Source of the DNA: Eledone cirrhosa
Taxonomy: Eukaryota
NCBI GenBank assembly: GCA_964016885.1
Contig: OZ024740.1
Span: 97,712,001-97,776,000 of the forward strand
Reading direction: 5' to 3'
Length of the DNA: 64,000 nucleotides
The stretch's first letter is position 1. Each line of letters opens with the position of its first letter. The position numbers and the translations under genes are program-made. The notes beneath the pieces were generated by a model, which was not told where the DNA came from, searched no databases, and worked only from the letters and a program-made list of their open reading frames with translations. Shown piece after piece: positions 27,145-38,949 of the stretch.

Positions 27145-27510
27145 TCAATAATAGAAATAAATGAAAAATATCTTTATAAAACCATATTTATTTTATTATA
27201 TGTATTTCAAGGGTACTTATATTTAAGTAAGCTTTCTACAGATAAAATATAATTGTTTCTACTTTAGGCACAAGGCCAGCAATTACCCAGTACTTTACTG
27301 GTACTTTATTTTATCGACCCTGTAAGGATGAGAGGCAAAGTTAACCTCGGTAGGATTTGAACTGTCTGTAAGATGTAACTATGCTAGAAAGCATGGCATC
27401 CAACCTTCTACCGATACTGCCAATCATACGCCCTTCTACAGATAAAATATAATAATTGGTGTTAAGATAGTGACATATCTTCATGTGAATTTAATCGTAT
27501 AAGTCATTGT
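27145..27510 (-). mobile_element. Family B PLE end fragment (decayed hammerhead 27190-27247) interrupted by SINE B with 20-bp TSD
   Basis: rc ttttat-CTGTAGA..GAAA-TACATAT-A-ataaaa. TSD TTCTACAGATAAAATATAAT at 27234-27253 and 27434-27453. Confidence 0.75.
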
Positions 27511-27952
27511 CTATATATATATATATCTCATTGTCTATATATATATATATATATATATATAATTTCTGCTTTCATCCTAAATTGTGATCTTCTAAAAGTA
27601 ACAAATATATAAATCCAAGGATTATGAACAAATATTGCCTATAAAAAATAGAAAGACATACTGGTAACATGTAAAAATATTCATTTGAGATATGTCGAAT
27701 TTTATGTAAAGAGGCTAATTTTCTTTTGAAACTAGCCAAATATTTTCCTGCTACCATATATGAAAATTGTTAATCATAGTAATGGGATTTAATGTGAAGA
27801 TAAATAATTGTTACAAAACTTTTATAATGTATTATTATTTTCCATATCAGCCACTTAAACTAAATTTCATAATCCTTGTTATACTGTCTGCTATCATTAG
27901 TATTCTAATTTGCAACTACAAGTCTCTGTTAATAAAATTAGATAAAATTTTG

Positions 27953-28445
27953 CATAAAAAGGTGCAGAGCACTAGAAGTTGATGGAAACCGCGGAGTGGG
28001 GAGACCCAAGATGACTTGGGATGAGGTGATAAAAGCCGACCTTACCCAACTACACCTCTCAAAGACAATGACACACGACCGTGACTTCTGGCGTCACGCA
28101 GTAATACAGGGTACCCGACCTCCCATGGGTACATGCTGAAGCATATAAACAATATGCCCCCACTCCCCCCACCGCAAGGTGGTCGTGGAGGTGCCACGGC
28201 AAAAAAGCACCCAGCCCACACTGTAAAGTGGACGTGTAGGCGCCACGAAAAAGCACCCAGCACTCACTGTAAATGAGGTTGGTGTTAGGAAGGGCATCAA
28301 GCTGTAGAAATCAAGCCAGATCAGTTCCTGTATGAGCAAGGCATGGTCAGCCGACCAGACACTGCCCACAACAGGACAACCCGTCTAACCCATGCTAGCG
28401 TGGAAGAACGGACGTAAAACGGTGATGATGATGATGATGATGATG
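27953..28445 (+). mobile_element. Young 5'-truncated RTE copy
   Basis: Near-identical to 37697-38188. Confidence 0.92.
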
Positions 28446-29372
28446 AATTGGTAAAAAATATTTCTTAATCCAATTACATCACTAAATTCACTGAACATTA
28501 ATAGGTAGGTGTTCAAAAGAATTAAATGGATATAATAATCCCCCCCAAAAGCCTACTTTACCTATTTTTCAATTTAATTACGCTGCAAAATTTTTGCTTT
28601 TTTTCATATCCATGGGCAATAAATTTTTCCCTTTAATTTAGTGGAAATATACATAACTTTATATTAAAAATATAAGGTAGAAAGATCTCTTCAATCAAGC
28701 CATGCATATGGCAATTTCTCTAGGGCTTGTGCCATGATGAAATACATCCAGTACACTCTGTAAAGTGCTTCTGTCATGTAATGCACACACACAATACCTT
28801 GTAAGATGGTTAGTGTTGGAAAGTACATCCAGCAATAGAAACCATGGCAAATATGAAATATAAGGGTAAACTGATGCCTATCCAACCTGTCTAGTCATAG
28901 AATATACCAGCACATCCAACACATGACTGATGGAAAGCAGATATAAAATGATGATGAATAATGAATATCAAAAATGAATTTTTTTAAATTTTTGTATGAG
29001 ATAAACATTCAGAAAAATGTGATACATTACCATGAATGTGTATATTTTGTATTGCTGTAGATTAACTGATATAACGTAACATAATAAATTTATATTACAA
29101 ACATAATTTTCAATATTACCCCTTTTGATACCAAATGTTTGATACATATTTTCAGCTTAGTTGACCTGAAAAATATGAAATGAAATGTTTTAGTTGAGAA
29201 TACATGGTGCGACTTGGTTCAGAATTTGAACATGTAACACTATGGTTGTAAGTCCAAGACTGTAACCATTAAGAAGCATGACTTTACACAAACACACATA
29301 CATATATATAAGTGTGTGTGTGTGCATTTGTTTGTGTGTGATAGCTTTGTAAACCAATTTTATATATATATA

Positions 29373-29640
29373 TCATTTCATTTCATTACGTCCGCTTTTC
29401 CCTGCTTGCAAGGGTGAGACGGGAACTGATTTTGGCTTGATTTCTACAGCTGGATGCCCTTCCTAATACTAACCTCATTTACAGTGAGTGCTGGGTGCTT
29501 TTTTGCCATGGCGCCTACACGTCCACTTTGCAGTGGAATGATAAGGAACCCAGTCCCTATCATCTCATTTCTACAGCTGAGTAAACTGGAGCAATGTGAA
29601 ATAAAGTGTCTTGCTCAAGGAAACAACACATCACCCAGTC
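29373..29640 (-). mobile_element. SINE family A, short variant
   Basis: Matches 21497-21790 and 1619-2000. Confidence 0.75.
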
Positions 29641-29652
29641 TGATATATATAT

Positions 29653-29846
29653 ATAGGAACGAGTAGGACCCCGACGGGTGAGCTCAAGCCGTTTCGACGG
29701 CTAATTCTGGACTAGAATTAGCCTTCGAAACAGCTTGAGCTCAGCCGTCGGGGTCCTACTCGTTCCTATTACCCACTCTACTACCCTAAGTATTGAGTAC
29801 TTTGGTGCGTTATGGTCCACCTGGTTCCTTACCACATTTCCTCCAT
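29653..29846 (+). mobile_element. Fold-back family A mini-element (57-bp arms plus ~77-nt tail)
   Basis: Palindrome centred near 29711, within hammerhead stem II. It holds only the 3' half of the ribozyme; (TA)n on both sides. Confidence 0.85.
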
Positions 29847-29910
29847 TATATATATATATGTATAGTGACGAAACATAAGTCAATTGCATGAACTCATAAT
29901 CCTTTATTTA

Positions 29911-29964
29911 CTGCTATATATATTTCGATGATAGCCATTAAATGGCCATGTCCTCATCAGGCAG
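29911..29964 (-). ncRNA. Canonical type-I hammerhead ribozyme
   Basis: rc: CTGC-CTGATGA-GgacATGGCCATTtAATGGCTATcatC-GAAA-TATATAT-A-GCAG. A ~45-nt tail runs to (TA)n. Confidence 0.85.
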
Positions 29965-30819
29965 TTAGTCAGTTCTTAGATATGCCAGCTCTGTGTTTAT
30001 AGTGTTGATGGTATCAGAGCCTTGGGACATATGAGCTTGTTAGGAATATTTTGATGTTGTCAGCAGGAATAGTCTTAATTCTCATTGGTCAGTTTGTAGA
30101 TGGTAGTAGGGTTGGTATTTGACCTCAAAGAGTCAGGTGGTGTTGTAATGTTCAAACCGTCAGGCAAGATGACAATAGTTCCATATGACTGATTTTCACA
30201 AAAAGCATTCCTGGTCAGAGATATATTCAATTAAGGTTAATAGTATGAAATAGCTACTACGGGTCATTCTTAAATTGAGGAATTTATGTGGAGTGGTGCT
30301 ACTGAAATTTATGGTTAGAGTAGAAAATTTACAAATAAAAAGACTTATGTAGGTTGGCTTGCACGTACACTCACACCCACCTCCACACACACACACACAC
30401 ATCCACACATACAAAATGTGGGGTGGTAATACTTAAAATATTGGTTAGAGTCCAATACTTAGATAGTTTAGAAAATTTAGAAATAAAAGATTTATGCTGG
30501 TTGACTTGTACATACACTCACACCTGCCCTCTCAGACACTCACACATCTACACACAAATCCATACAGGTGTGTATATATATATATGTATGTATGTATGTA
30601 TGCACAAACATATACATATATATATATAAAATATATATATATACATAAAATATATACATACATGAAATATATACACACATAAAACATACATACATATATA
30701 TATATAAAATACACATACATATACATATATATTTAAAATATATACATATATATATACATATATATAAAATACACATATATACACATGTAAAATATATATA
30801 TACACATTAATCAGTATAC

Positions 30820-31125
30820 ACTGAGGATGAAAAACTCAGAGCTGTATGGAAGCATCCCAAGAGTCAGCTCAAAAGTGACACAGAGGAGACTGAGGTTGGC
30901 TGGACATGCTCACCGACATCCGGAGTTGACATTGCACTCAGTGCTCCTTTGGGAGCCCCTACATGGACACACTAGAAGAGGAAGACCAAGGTTAACATAT
31001 GTTGATGCCCTAAGGACAGACACTGGTCTGTTGGAGATGCAGGATATGGCAGCGATAATGAGGGGCAGAGACTGCTGGAGAGAACTCGTCCATGGATCTC
31101 GGGAATTTTACCCGCCTTAGATAGA
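30820..31125 (+). mobile_element. 3' end of a second RTE-group LINE
   Basis: ELYGSIPRVSSKVTQRRLRLAGHAHRH..LLWEPLHG..RRGRPRLTYVDAL..DTG, with a (TAGA)n tail. Confidence 0.8.
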
Positions 31126-31167
31126 TAGAGAGATACACATGATATATATATACATATATATATATAA

Positions 31168-33205
31168 TCAGGTTCAATAAAACGTAGTTTTGATGACTCC
31201 TAACCAGTAGAGGATCCGGTAGATCATCCACCATAGGGACCACAAACTATGGGTGGTTGTTGTTGTCCATTGGTCATTGGTATGGAGTGTAGGCGACCTA
31301 CAGGGGGGGGGGGGCGTTGTGGGAGGCCGTAACCGGGGTTTATCCATATAGCTTGAGGAAAGTTCCTGTCTTTAGGTGTCTGCAGGCACCGAATAAGTCG
31401 GCCCTTCTGTTTAATAGCTTGGTTTCCGCCATGAAGAATCTCGAGTGTCTCACTGAGACACAGGTTGCAAATACCAGACCCGCCTCTGTCTGGGGGAAAC
31501 TTTCTAACCACGGACCAGAGCAGAGAGTGCGGGGTCTTTTCAAGTTTGAGCTTCTAGATCAATTCAGAAAGAGCCGTACATTTCCTCTTATCTATTCTGT
31601 TAAAGGAATGGCGATGGTTATACCACCGATCCTTGAAGTTCGTCGCTGTGGATCCTATGTGGTGGTGCTCCGAGTTAGGGGTTATGGCCTTGCACCTGTA
31701 GACTACGTTTTTCGTCATGCATTCATTACTAAGGGTGCATAGTGATGGGTCTCTACAATTACATGACTTCTTAAGCCCCACCACAAGTACCTCGTGGTTA
31801 CCATCACTCGGGGTTGGCTGGGTAGCCTCCACAATCAGCACAGGGTCATTGGGTTCCGGTGTGCTAGTTGGGCATGTCCGGGTTCCGTTGCGTCCCGCGT
31901 GCTGGTTCTGTTGGGTGGCTCGGGGGTTTACGGTGGTATTAGAGGCAGTGAGCCCATTCCTATTTATGCCAGCTATGTGCTGGGCTACGGAGCGTGTGGT
32001 TGAGTAGGAAAGTTTCACCGTGTGCCTGTTGCATATTTTATGGTACTTGTGGGCCCTAGGGAAATATTTATCCAGTACTCTAAAGAATGTTCTAGCCAGG
32101 CTGGTACGTAGACCCACTGAGTACGGAGGGTTATACCATGTGACCTTCCTGGTCCTATTATTGCGGGGCTGTTGGGTGTCCGCCGTGGGCCATCGTGTGG
32201 TTGTGCACAGCTCAGGTCAAGCGCGGTTGGTGTCACTCAGGTGTGCGGAGCGGTCACTACAATGAGGGTTATATGGACCCACCGTGGGGCTATAAACCTG
32301 TGAGGTGCGGCCTCCCTGCTCAATTAGGGTTCGGCGGGTGGCGGGGCCGGTGCAGGGGTGCCTATGCTCCGCAACACAGTGGTCTTCAGCGTTGTAGGTA
32401 TTAGACCGGTGGGGTATGCGGGACCTTCTACCGGGGGTGGGACGGATAGGGGTCTGGGAGTGTTACTGCTGGTCACAGAGGTATTAGATGGGCGACTCAT
32501 GCCCCTGAGGGTATTGGTCCGGGGTACTCTTGGGTCATCTCGATCATGTCCCTTAGGGTTATAGCTGATCCTATGGCTGTGGGACGCCTTAGCTAGTGCT
32601 GAGTTATAGTAATCAGCGTTACTATTGAAGATCTTTTTATTAGCCGACAAGTTAGAGATCCTGTCAGAGACACTCTTAACTACGGCCTTAACTATAGATC
32701 TAGGGTGATTAGACCCAGCGTTGATATACACCAGCTTCTCCTTGGGTTTATGATATGGGTGGTGTAGCTTGGTGTTGAGGTGGAGGGTGGTGTCCAGGAA
32801 ATTCACTACTTTTCTATTGGGTTCCATCTCTACCTCAAGTCCTACCTTGCTAAAAAGTGCCTAATTCTCCTCTTCATATTTTCGACCATTGTGGTACTGT
32901 GGTCCACTACGGTGAAGAGTGCGTCGTCTCCGTACAGCCCGCCACCCAGGTTGGGTATTTCTCTCCTGATCTCGTAGAGCATGTATATCCCAACCAAGTC
33001 CGTTAGCTGCGCGGAGTCACTGGAGCCCATTGTAATGTCAAAATTATTTGGCCAGTCGCTCCGGGTCCATATGTCCCCATTGAATCGGATGAGGGTATTT
33101 CTGGCGGCGTGTATGATTCGGACCTCATCGCGTGTTAGGTATGTCCTATTCGTCGCGAATATGAGTGCCTTATTCAGGATTATGGGCGAGATAGAGGAGT
33201 AGTAA
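31168..33205 (-). mobile_element. Naiad-type Penelope-like element, 5'-truncated RT + GIY-YIG with frameshifts
   Basis: FDITMGSSDSAQLTDLVG, GLYGDD, VNFLDTTLHL..YINAGSNHP, KVTWYNPPYS, CNCRDPSLCTLSNECMTKNVVYRC..HIGSTATNFKDRWYNH and CNLCLSE. Decayed hammerhead-like motif at ~31175-31235. Confidence 0.92.
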
Positions 33206-33543
33206 TTGTTAGGGAAGCAGAAACTTGCTTATTGTGATGTGATCTAGTTCGTAAATACAATTTAAAAAAAATGTTTTTCTCTAAACATTAAGAACTATTT
33301 CAAGAGTAACTTACTCACTATTTGGAAAATTTGAACGTAAACAACAATTATCATTGAGTGGCTGCTATTTGTAGTATAGCAATATAAGGTTGCACTTGCC
33401 AATAAAACGGTCGTAAATACCTGGATAAAATCCTTCTCTTAATGCTTACCTGTATTTTCTCTTTTATATATATATATATATATATATATGAAAGACGTAA
33501 AATAAGAAAATTCTAGTAATCAATTTAGTTACTTAAATTTCAC

Positions 33544-33621
33544 TCCAACTAATTATTTTCTGAAAGGGGACATACATAGTCTTCAAATGGAGATCATGGC
33601 GAAACCTTTCTTCATCAGGGA
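33544..33621 (-). ncRNA. Type-I hammerhead ribozyme
   Basis: rc: TCC-CTGATGA-aGAAAGG..CCTTTCa-GAAA-aTAATTAg-T-T-GGA, with one mismatch in the palindromic stem III. A ~55-nt tail runs to (TA)n. Confidence 0.65.
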
Positions 33622-33835
33622 TTCATTCTCGGCTAAGATTCCTGGCGATGCGTGGACACAGGAAACTTATACAAAAATAATTCAGTGGATGGAAAAGAGC
33701 AAGCGCGGACTAAATTCGAAGACATTGAAAAAATCACTGCCTTCTTGGTCGGTGGCAAAATCAAAAGAATCAATCACGTGACATCGAGGTTAATCAGTGA
33801 GGAGTGGGGTGTTAAAAAGGCAGTAGCCAAGCTAA

Positions 33836-33864
<29 letters not shown>

Positions 33865-33869
<5 letters not shown>

Positions 33870-34069
33870 GTGGTTACACAACAGTTAGTTCATCATACCG
33901 AGAACAATTGTTTCACCTTAGCGGTTCCTCAGCTCGGCTGAGGATCTGCTAAGGTGAAACAATTGTTCTCGGTGTGGTGAACTAACTGTTGTCTAACCAC
34001 TTCTACCTAACTCGTCCCATGGTCTGAGTGCTCTACCACTACGGAAATTACCTTCCAGTGTTCTACCAC
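33865..34069 (+). mobile_element. Fold-back element family C, second copy
   Basis: Same length, termini and apex as 26517-26722; (TA)n flanks. Confidence 0.88.
33898..33937 (-). ncRNA. Minimal type-I hammerhead ribozyme, fully paired
   Basis: rc: CCGAG-CTGAGGA-ACCgctaaGGT-GAAAC-AATT-GT-T-CTCGG. Confidence 0.85.
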
Positions 34070-34461
34070 TATATATATATATATATATCAACTGATTGGA
34101 TATCAAAGAGATATGTTTAAGCTGTTATATTTTAGCACTTGTTATTGAGTTTGAAATTTCCTAAAATATGGTATCTAATTAAACAGTAAATGCTGAAGAT
34201 ATATCAGTCAGTTAAGTATTTATTTGTACTTCCATCTGTATAAGTTCGAAGCATATTTATTCTCCTTCAAAATTTTAGCAGAATGAAGCAATATGTCTTT
34301 TAAGTCATATTTTTAAGAATCTAGTCAGCTTTCTGCTTTGTAATTACATGAGTCATGTTTTAAAAAGCAATTTCACTTTTATAATATTTGAAGCTAATGT
34401 CTTAAAATGACAAATCACATTCTCACGGCGAATATTTAAACATTATTATTACCAATACCAT

Positions 34462-34535
<74 letters not shown>

Positions 34536-34612
34536 AAACCCTGCACTAGATATATTTTCATATAAAATTAATTAATATGCTCTGTGATATATAGAAAAAA
34601 CTTTCCAAATAC

Positions 34613-34725
34613 GAAAGTTATAATAATAAATAAATAAACATGTGTCGTCATCATCATCATCACGGACGTAAAACGGTGATGATGATGATGACACACATGT
34701 TTATTCATATATTATTATAACTTTC
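34613..34725. repeat. Imperfect palindrome with an RTE 3' terminus at its apex
   Basis: gaaagttataataat..tcatcatcatcac-ggacgtaaaacg-gtgatgatgatga..attattataactttc. Confidence 0.7.
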
Positions 34726-34902
34726 AACTCAATGAAGAAATTCTCATTGTCGACTAATCAAGAGTTGGTGATATTTATATCTAGCATGGAAAATGGACAT
34801 AAAACGGTGATGAGGATGATGATGATGATGACATACCCCACCATATATATATTTATAATATTATATATATATATATTTATAATATTATATATATATATAT
34901 AT

Positions 34903-35085
34903 AGCGGAGGATTGGCAGTATCGGTAGAGGGTCGTATGCCATGCTTTGATGCATAGAGTGACGGCCCTTGCCATTCTGAGTTGCCACCGAGGTTAACTTT
35001 GCCTTTCATCCTTACGGGATCGATAAAATAAAGTACCAGTAATGTATGGGTAATTGCTGGCTTTGTGGCAAAAGTAGAAACAATT
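34903..35085 (+). mobile_element. SINE family B
   Basis: Near-full-length copy between (TA)n runs. Confidence 0.85.
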
Positions 35086-35100
35086 ATATATATATATATT

Positions 35101-38100
35101 GCAAGAATCATTAAACTCAGACTAGTCCTGAATAAGACAATTACCACAATAATATCAGCTTACGCACCCCAATCGGGGCTGCCAGACGAACTTAAGGATA
35201 GGTTTTACGAGTCCCTAATACACACTACTGCTCTAACAGATGACAAGGACTTCCTAATCATTGCAGGAGATTTTAACGGACACGTAGGTAAACACTGCGA
35301 CGGCTTCAATAGAGTACATGGAGGCCATGGAGTTGGCACAAGGAATGAGGAAGGATTCAGACTTCTAGAATTCTGCGACGCCAATGACATGTTGATATGT
35401 AACACAAACTTTAAAAAGCCCGACAACCACCTGATCACCTATAGATCAGGGGAGCACTCTAGTCAGTTAGATTTTATCCTCATCAGAGGACGTGACAGAT
35501 GGACGGTCGTAAACACAAAAGCCTTCCCTAGTGAGGAATGTACATCCCAACATAGCTTAGTTGTCAGCGACCTCACGGTCAGAACTAGACGAACCCGGAA
35601 ACAGAGGCCAACCTGGAGAAGAAAGATCTGGAAGCTGAAAGTCCCCTCAACCAGTAACAGATTTAAAGATATTTTACTCAACGCCTATGACAGTAAAGAA
35701 GAACAGATAGAGACATTTAACGTAGAAGAGAACTGGGAGTTCCTAAAAAATAACTTACTAGAGGCGACGGATGAGGTTTGTGGCTGGAGTAAGACCTCAA
35801 GCAGGAGGAGAGTGACTTGGTGGTGGAACAATAAGGTAGATGAAGCAGTCAAGGCCAAGAGACAGGCGTGGAAAGAATGGAAGTACGGGGGTAGCAGGGT
35901 ACATTACATAGAGACCAAGAGGGAAGCTAGGCGACAAGTATACTTAGCTAGGAGGGAAGCAGAAGATAGAAAATTCAAGCATGTTTTACAACGTGAGGAC
36001 CAGAAACAGGAGGTATTCAAGATTGCGAGGCAGTGTGTCAGAGATAGTTGTGATGTCATTGGAGAGAAGTGTATCCGAAATGATAACGGTGAGCTTGCCC
36101 TCACAAGTGCTGAGAAGAAAGATGCATGGAAGAGTCATTATGATAGATTACTAAATGAGGAGAATGCATGGGAAGAAGAGACCCTACCCCATGTAGACCC
36201 TATAGAGGGACCAGCAGTACAAGTCAGCGGCAGCGTAGTAAGTAAGGCAATCAGAGATATGAAGATGGGGAAGGCAACCGGTCCATCGGGTATAGCTGCC
36301 GAGATGCTGAAGGCATCTGGGTCTGTAGGTCACACTATAACCACACGTATCGTTAACCAGGTAATACTAGAAGGGGCCATACCAAAAGATTGGTGCAGTA
36401 GCATCATTGTCAACTGCTACAAAGGTAAAGGCGATGCACTAGATAGAGGAAACTATAGAGGTATAAAGTTGATGGACCAGGTCATGAAAGTAACAGAAAG
36501 AGTTATAGCACAGCTGATTAGGGACCGGGTGAATATAGACCAGATGCAATTTGGGTTTGTACCAGGGAGAGGCACCACTGATGCCCTCTTCCTTGTGAGG
36601 CAATTACAGGAAAAGTACCTAGCTAAAAGTAAGCCACTCTACTAGGCATTTGTCGACCTTGAGAAAGCCTTTGACAGAGTTCCACGTGCAGTAATCTGGT
36701 GGGCTCTTAGAAAACTAGGAGTAGATGAATGGCTTGTGAAAGCGGAACAAGCCATGTATAGGGGAGCAGTCAGCAAAGTTAGGAATAGCAATGAGTATAG
36801 CGAGGAATTTAGCGTACAGGTTGGGGTCCACCAGGGCTCTGTTCTTAGCCCTCTCCTGTTCATCATAGTCCTGCAGGCAATAACGGAGGAGTTTAAGACC
36901 GGATGCCCATGGGAACTCCTGTATGCTGATGACCTCACACTCATAGCTGAATCTATGGTAGAACTAGAGAATAAATTCCAAACCTGGAAGCAGGGACTAG
37001 AGAGAAAGGGCCTCAAAGTCAACATGACAAAGACTAAGGTCCTTGTAAGTAGACGAGAAAACAGAACCCAGATCCCCTCAGGGAAATGGCCTTGCTCAGT
37101 ATGTAGGAAAGGTGTAGGTAGGAACTCCATTCTCTGCCCCAAATGCAAACAATGGGTACACAAGAGATGTAGCAGGATCTCAGGAAGCTTAATTAAGAAT
37201 GTAGGATTCACATGCAGCAGCTGTGCTGAAACAGCAAGCAAACAGCCACAGGAAACAAGTACCACCAATCTCTGGGAGGGCCCTGTAGAAACAGTAGACA
37301 GCTTCTGCTACCTAGGTGACCGAATTAGCAACGGAGGTGGGTGCTCAGAAAGTACAATAACTAGGGTAAGAACGGGATGGAAGAAGTTTAGGGAACTACT
37401 ACCACTGCTAGCTGCAAAAGGCTTCTCCCTCAGAATGAAAGGCAGACTGTATGATGCGTGTATCCGAACAGCGATGTTGCATGGTAGTGAGACCTGGGCG
37501 CTGAAGGTGGAAGACTTACGTAGATTAGAGAGAAACGAAGCCTGCATGCTCCGATGGATGTGTAACAGTAATATACGTGAACGACAAAGCATAAAGGAAT
37601 TGAGAGAGAGACTGAGCATAAGAGGAATCAAATGCTGCGTGCAGGAGAGGCGGTTACGCTGGTATGGACATGTGATGCGTATGAAGGATGACAGCTGCAT
37701 AAAAAGGTGCAGAGCACTAGAAGTTGATGGAAACCGCGGAGTGGGGAGACCCAAGATGACTTGGGATGAGGTGATAAAAGCCGACCTTACCCGACTACAC
37801 CTCTCAAAGACAATGACACACGACCGTGACTTCTGGCGTCACACAGTAATACAGGGTACCCGACCTCCCATGGGTACATGCTGAAGCATATAAACAATAT
37901 GCCCCCACTCCCCCCACCGCAAGGTGGTCGTGGAGGTGCCACGGCAAAAAAGCACCCAGCCCACACTGTAAAGTAGACGTGTAGGCGCCACGAAAAAGCA
38001 CCCAGCACTCACTGTAAATGAGGTTGGTGTTAGGAAGGGCATCCAGCTGTAGAAATCAAGCCAGATCAGTTCCTGTATGAGCAAGGCATGGTCAGCCGAC

Positions 38101-38188
38101 CAGACACTGCCCACAACAGGACAACCCGTCTAACCCATGCTAGCGTGGAAGAACGGACGTAAAACGGTGATGATGATGATGATGATGA
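35101..38188 (+). mobile_element. RTE-clade LINE, near-intact (5'-truncated in APE; one premature TAG at 36643-36645)
   Basis: APE motifs SAYAPQ, AGDFNGHVG, LDFIL and SQHSLV. RT motifs NYRGIKL, QFGFVPGRGTTDA, FVDLEKAFD, GVHQGSVLSP and YADD. The two tracked ORFs are in the same frame; 3' UTR and (GAT)n tail present. Confidence 0.96.
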
Positions 38189-38196
38189 TATATATA

Positions 38197-38720
38197 TGAA
38201 AATGTTTAACCCCAACGGCAGAGACAAGCCGTTTCGACGGCTATTTCTGGACTAAATTAGAATTTTTAGCGTGGCTAATTCCTTATATAGGAAGATTGTA
38301 GTTGTCAAAAGGATTGGTCAAAATTTCTTGTAAACACAATTAAGTTTTTCATGGCGGCGATAGATGGGGGTGGCTGAACTTGCCTGTAGAACAATGAGCG
38401 AGTGTGTGGAGCCGATCAAGCATTGAAAGTGAATTCTATACAGCAAATTCTAAGGAGTCTGTATGAAAATAGGCTAGGTAGAAAGCAGACGAAAAAGAAT
38501 TCTGGGGAATTTGAGAGTAGGACAACCTACTGCCATGAAAGACTTAATTGTGTTTACAAGAAATTTTAACCAATCCTTTTGACAACTACAATCTTCCAAT
38601 ATAAGGAATTAGCCCTTGAAAAGTTCGGCTATTTTATTACCACGCTAAAAATTCTAATTTAGTCCAGAAATAGCCGTCAAAACGGCTTGAGCTCTGCCGT
38701 TAGGGTTAAACATTTTCATA
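38197..38720. mobile_element. Fold-back family A-related element with two disabled hammerheads
   Basis: Arms ~38197-38360 / 38527-38720 are homologous to 4858-5966. The left arm lacks TTGAAAA and the right arm has GAAA changed to AAAA. Confidence 0.8.
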
Positions 38721-38949
38721 TATATATATATATATAATTGTTTCTACTTTTGGCACAAGGCCAGCAATTACCCATACATTACTGGTACTTTATTTTATCG
38801 ACTTTATTTTATCGTACTTTATTTTATCACCACGCTAGAAATTCTAATTTAGTCCAGAAATAGCATGGAAGATGGACGTTAAACGATGATGATGATGATG
38901 ATGATTAATTTATAAATCTATAAAGTTAGATGTCTCTAATATGTAAACA

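Noticed and set aside
36643-36645. Programmed readthrough between the two RTE ORFs
   Set aside because: The stop sits in the conserved LY.AFVDLEKAFD motif of a single-ORF family, so a simple nonsense mutation is more likely.
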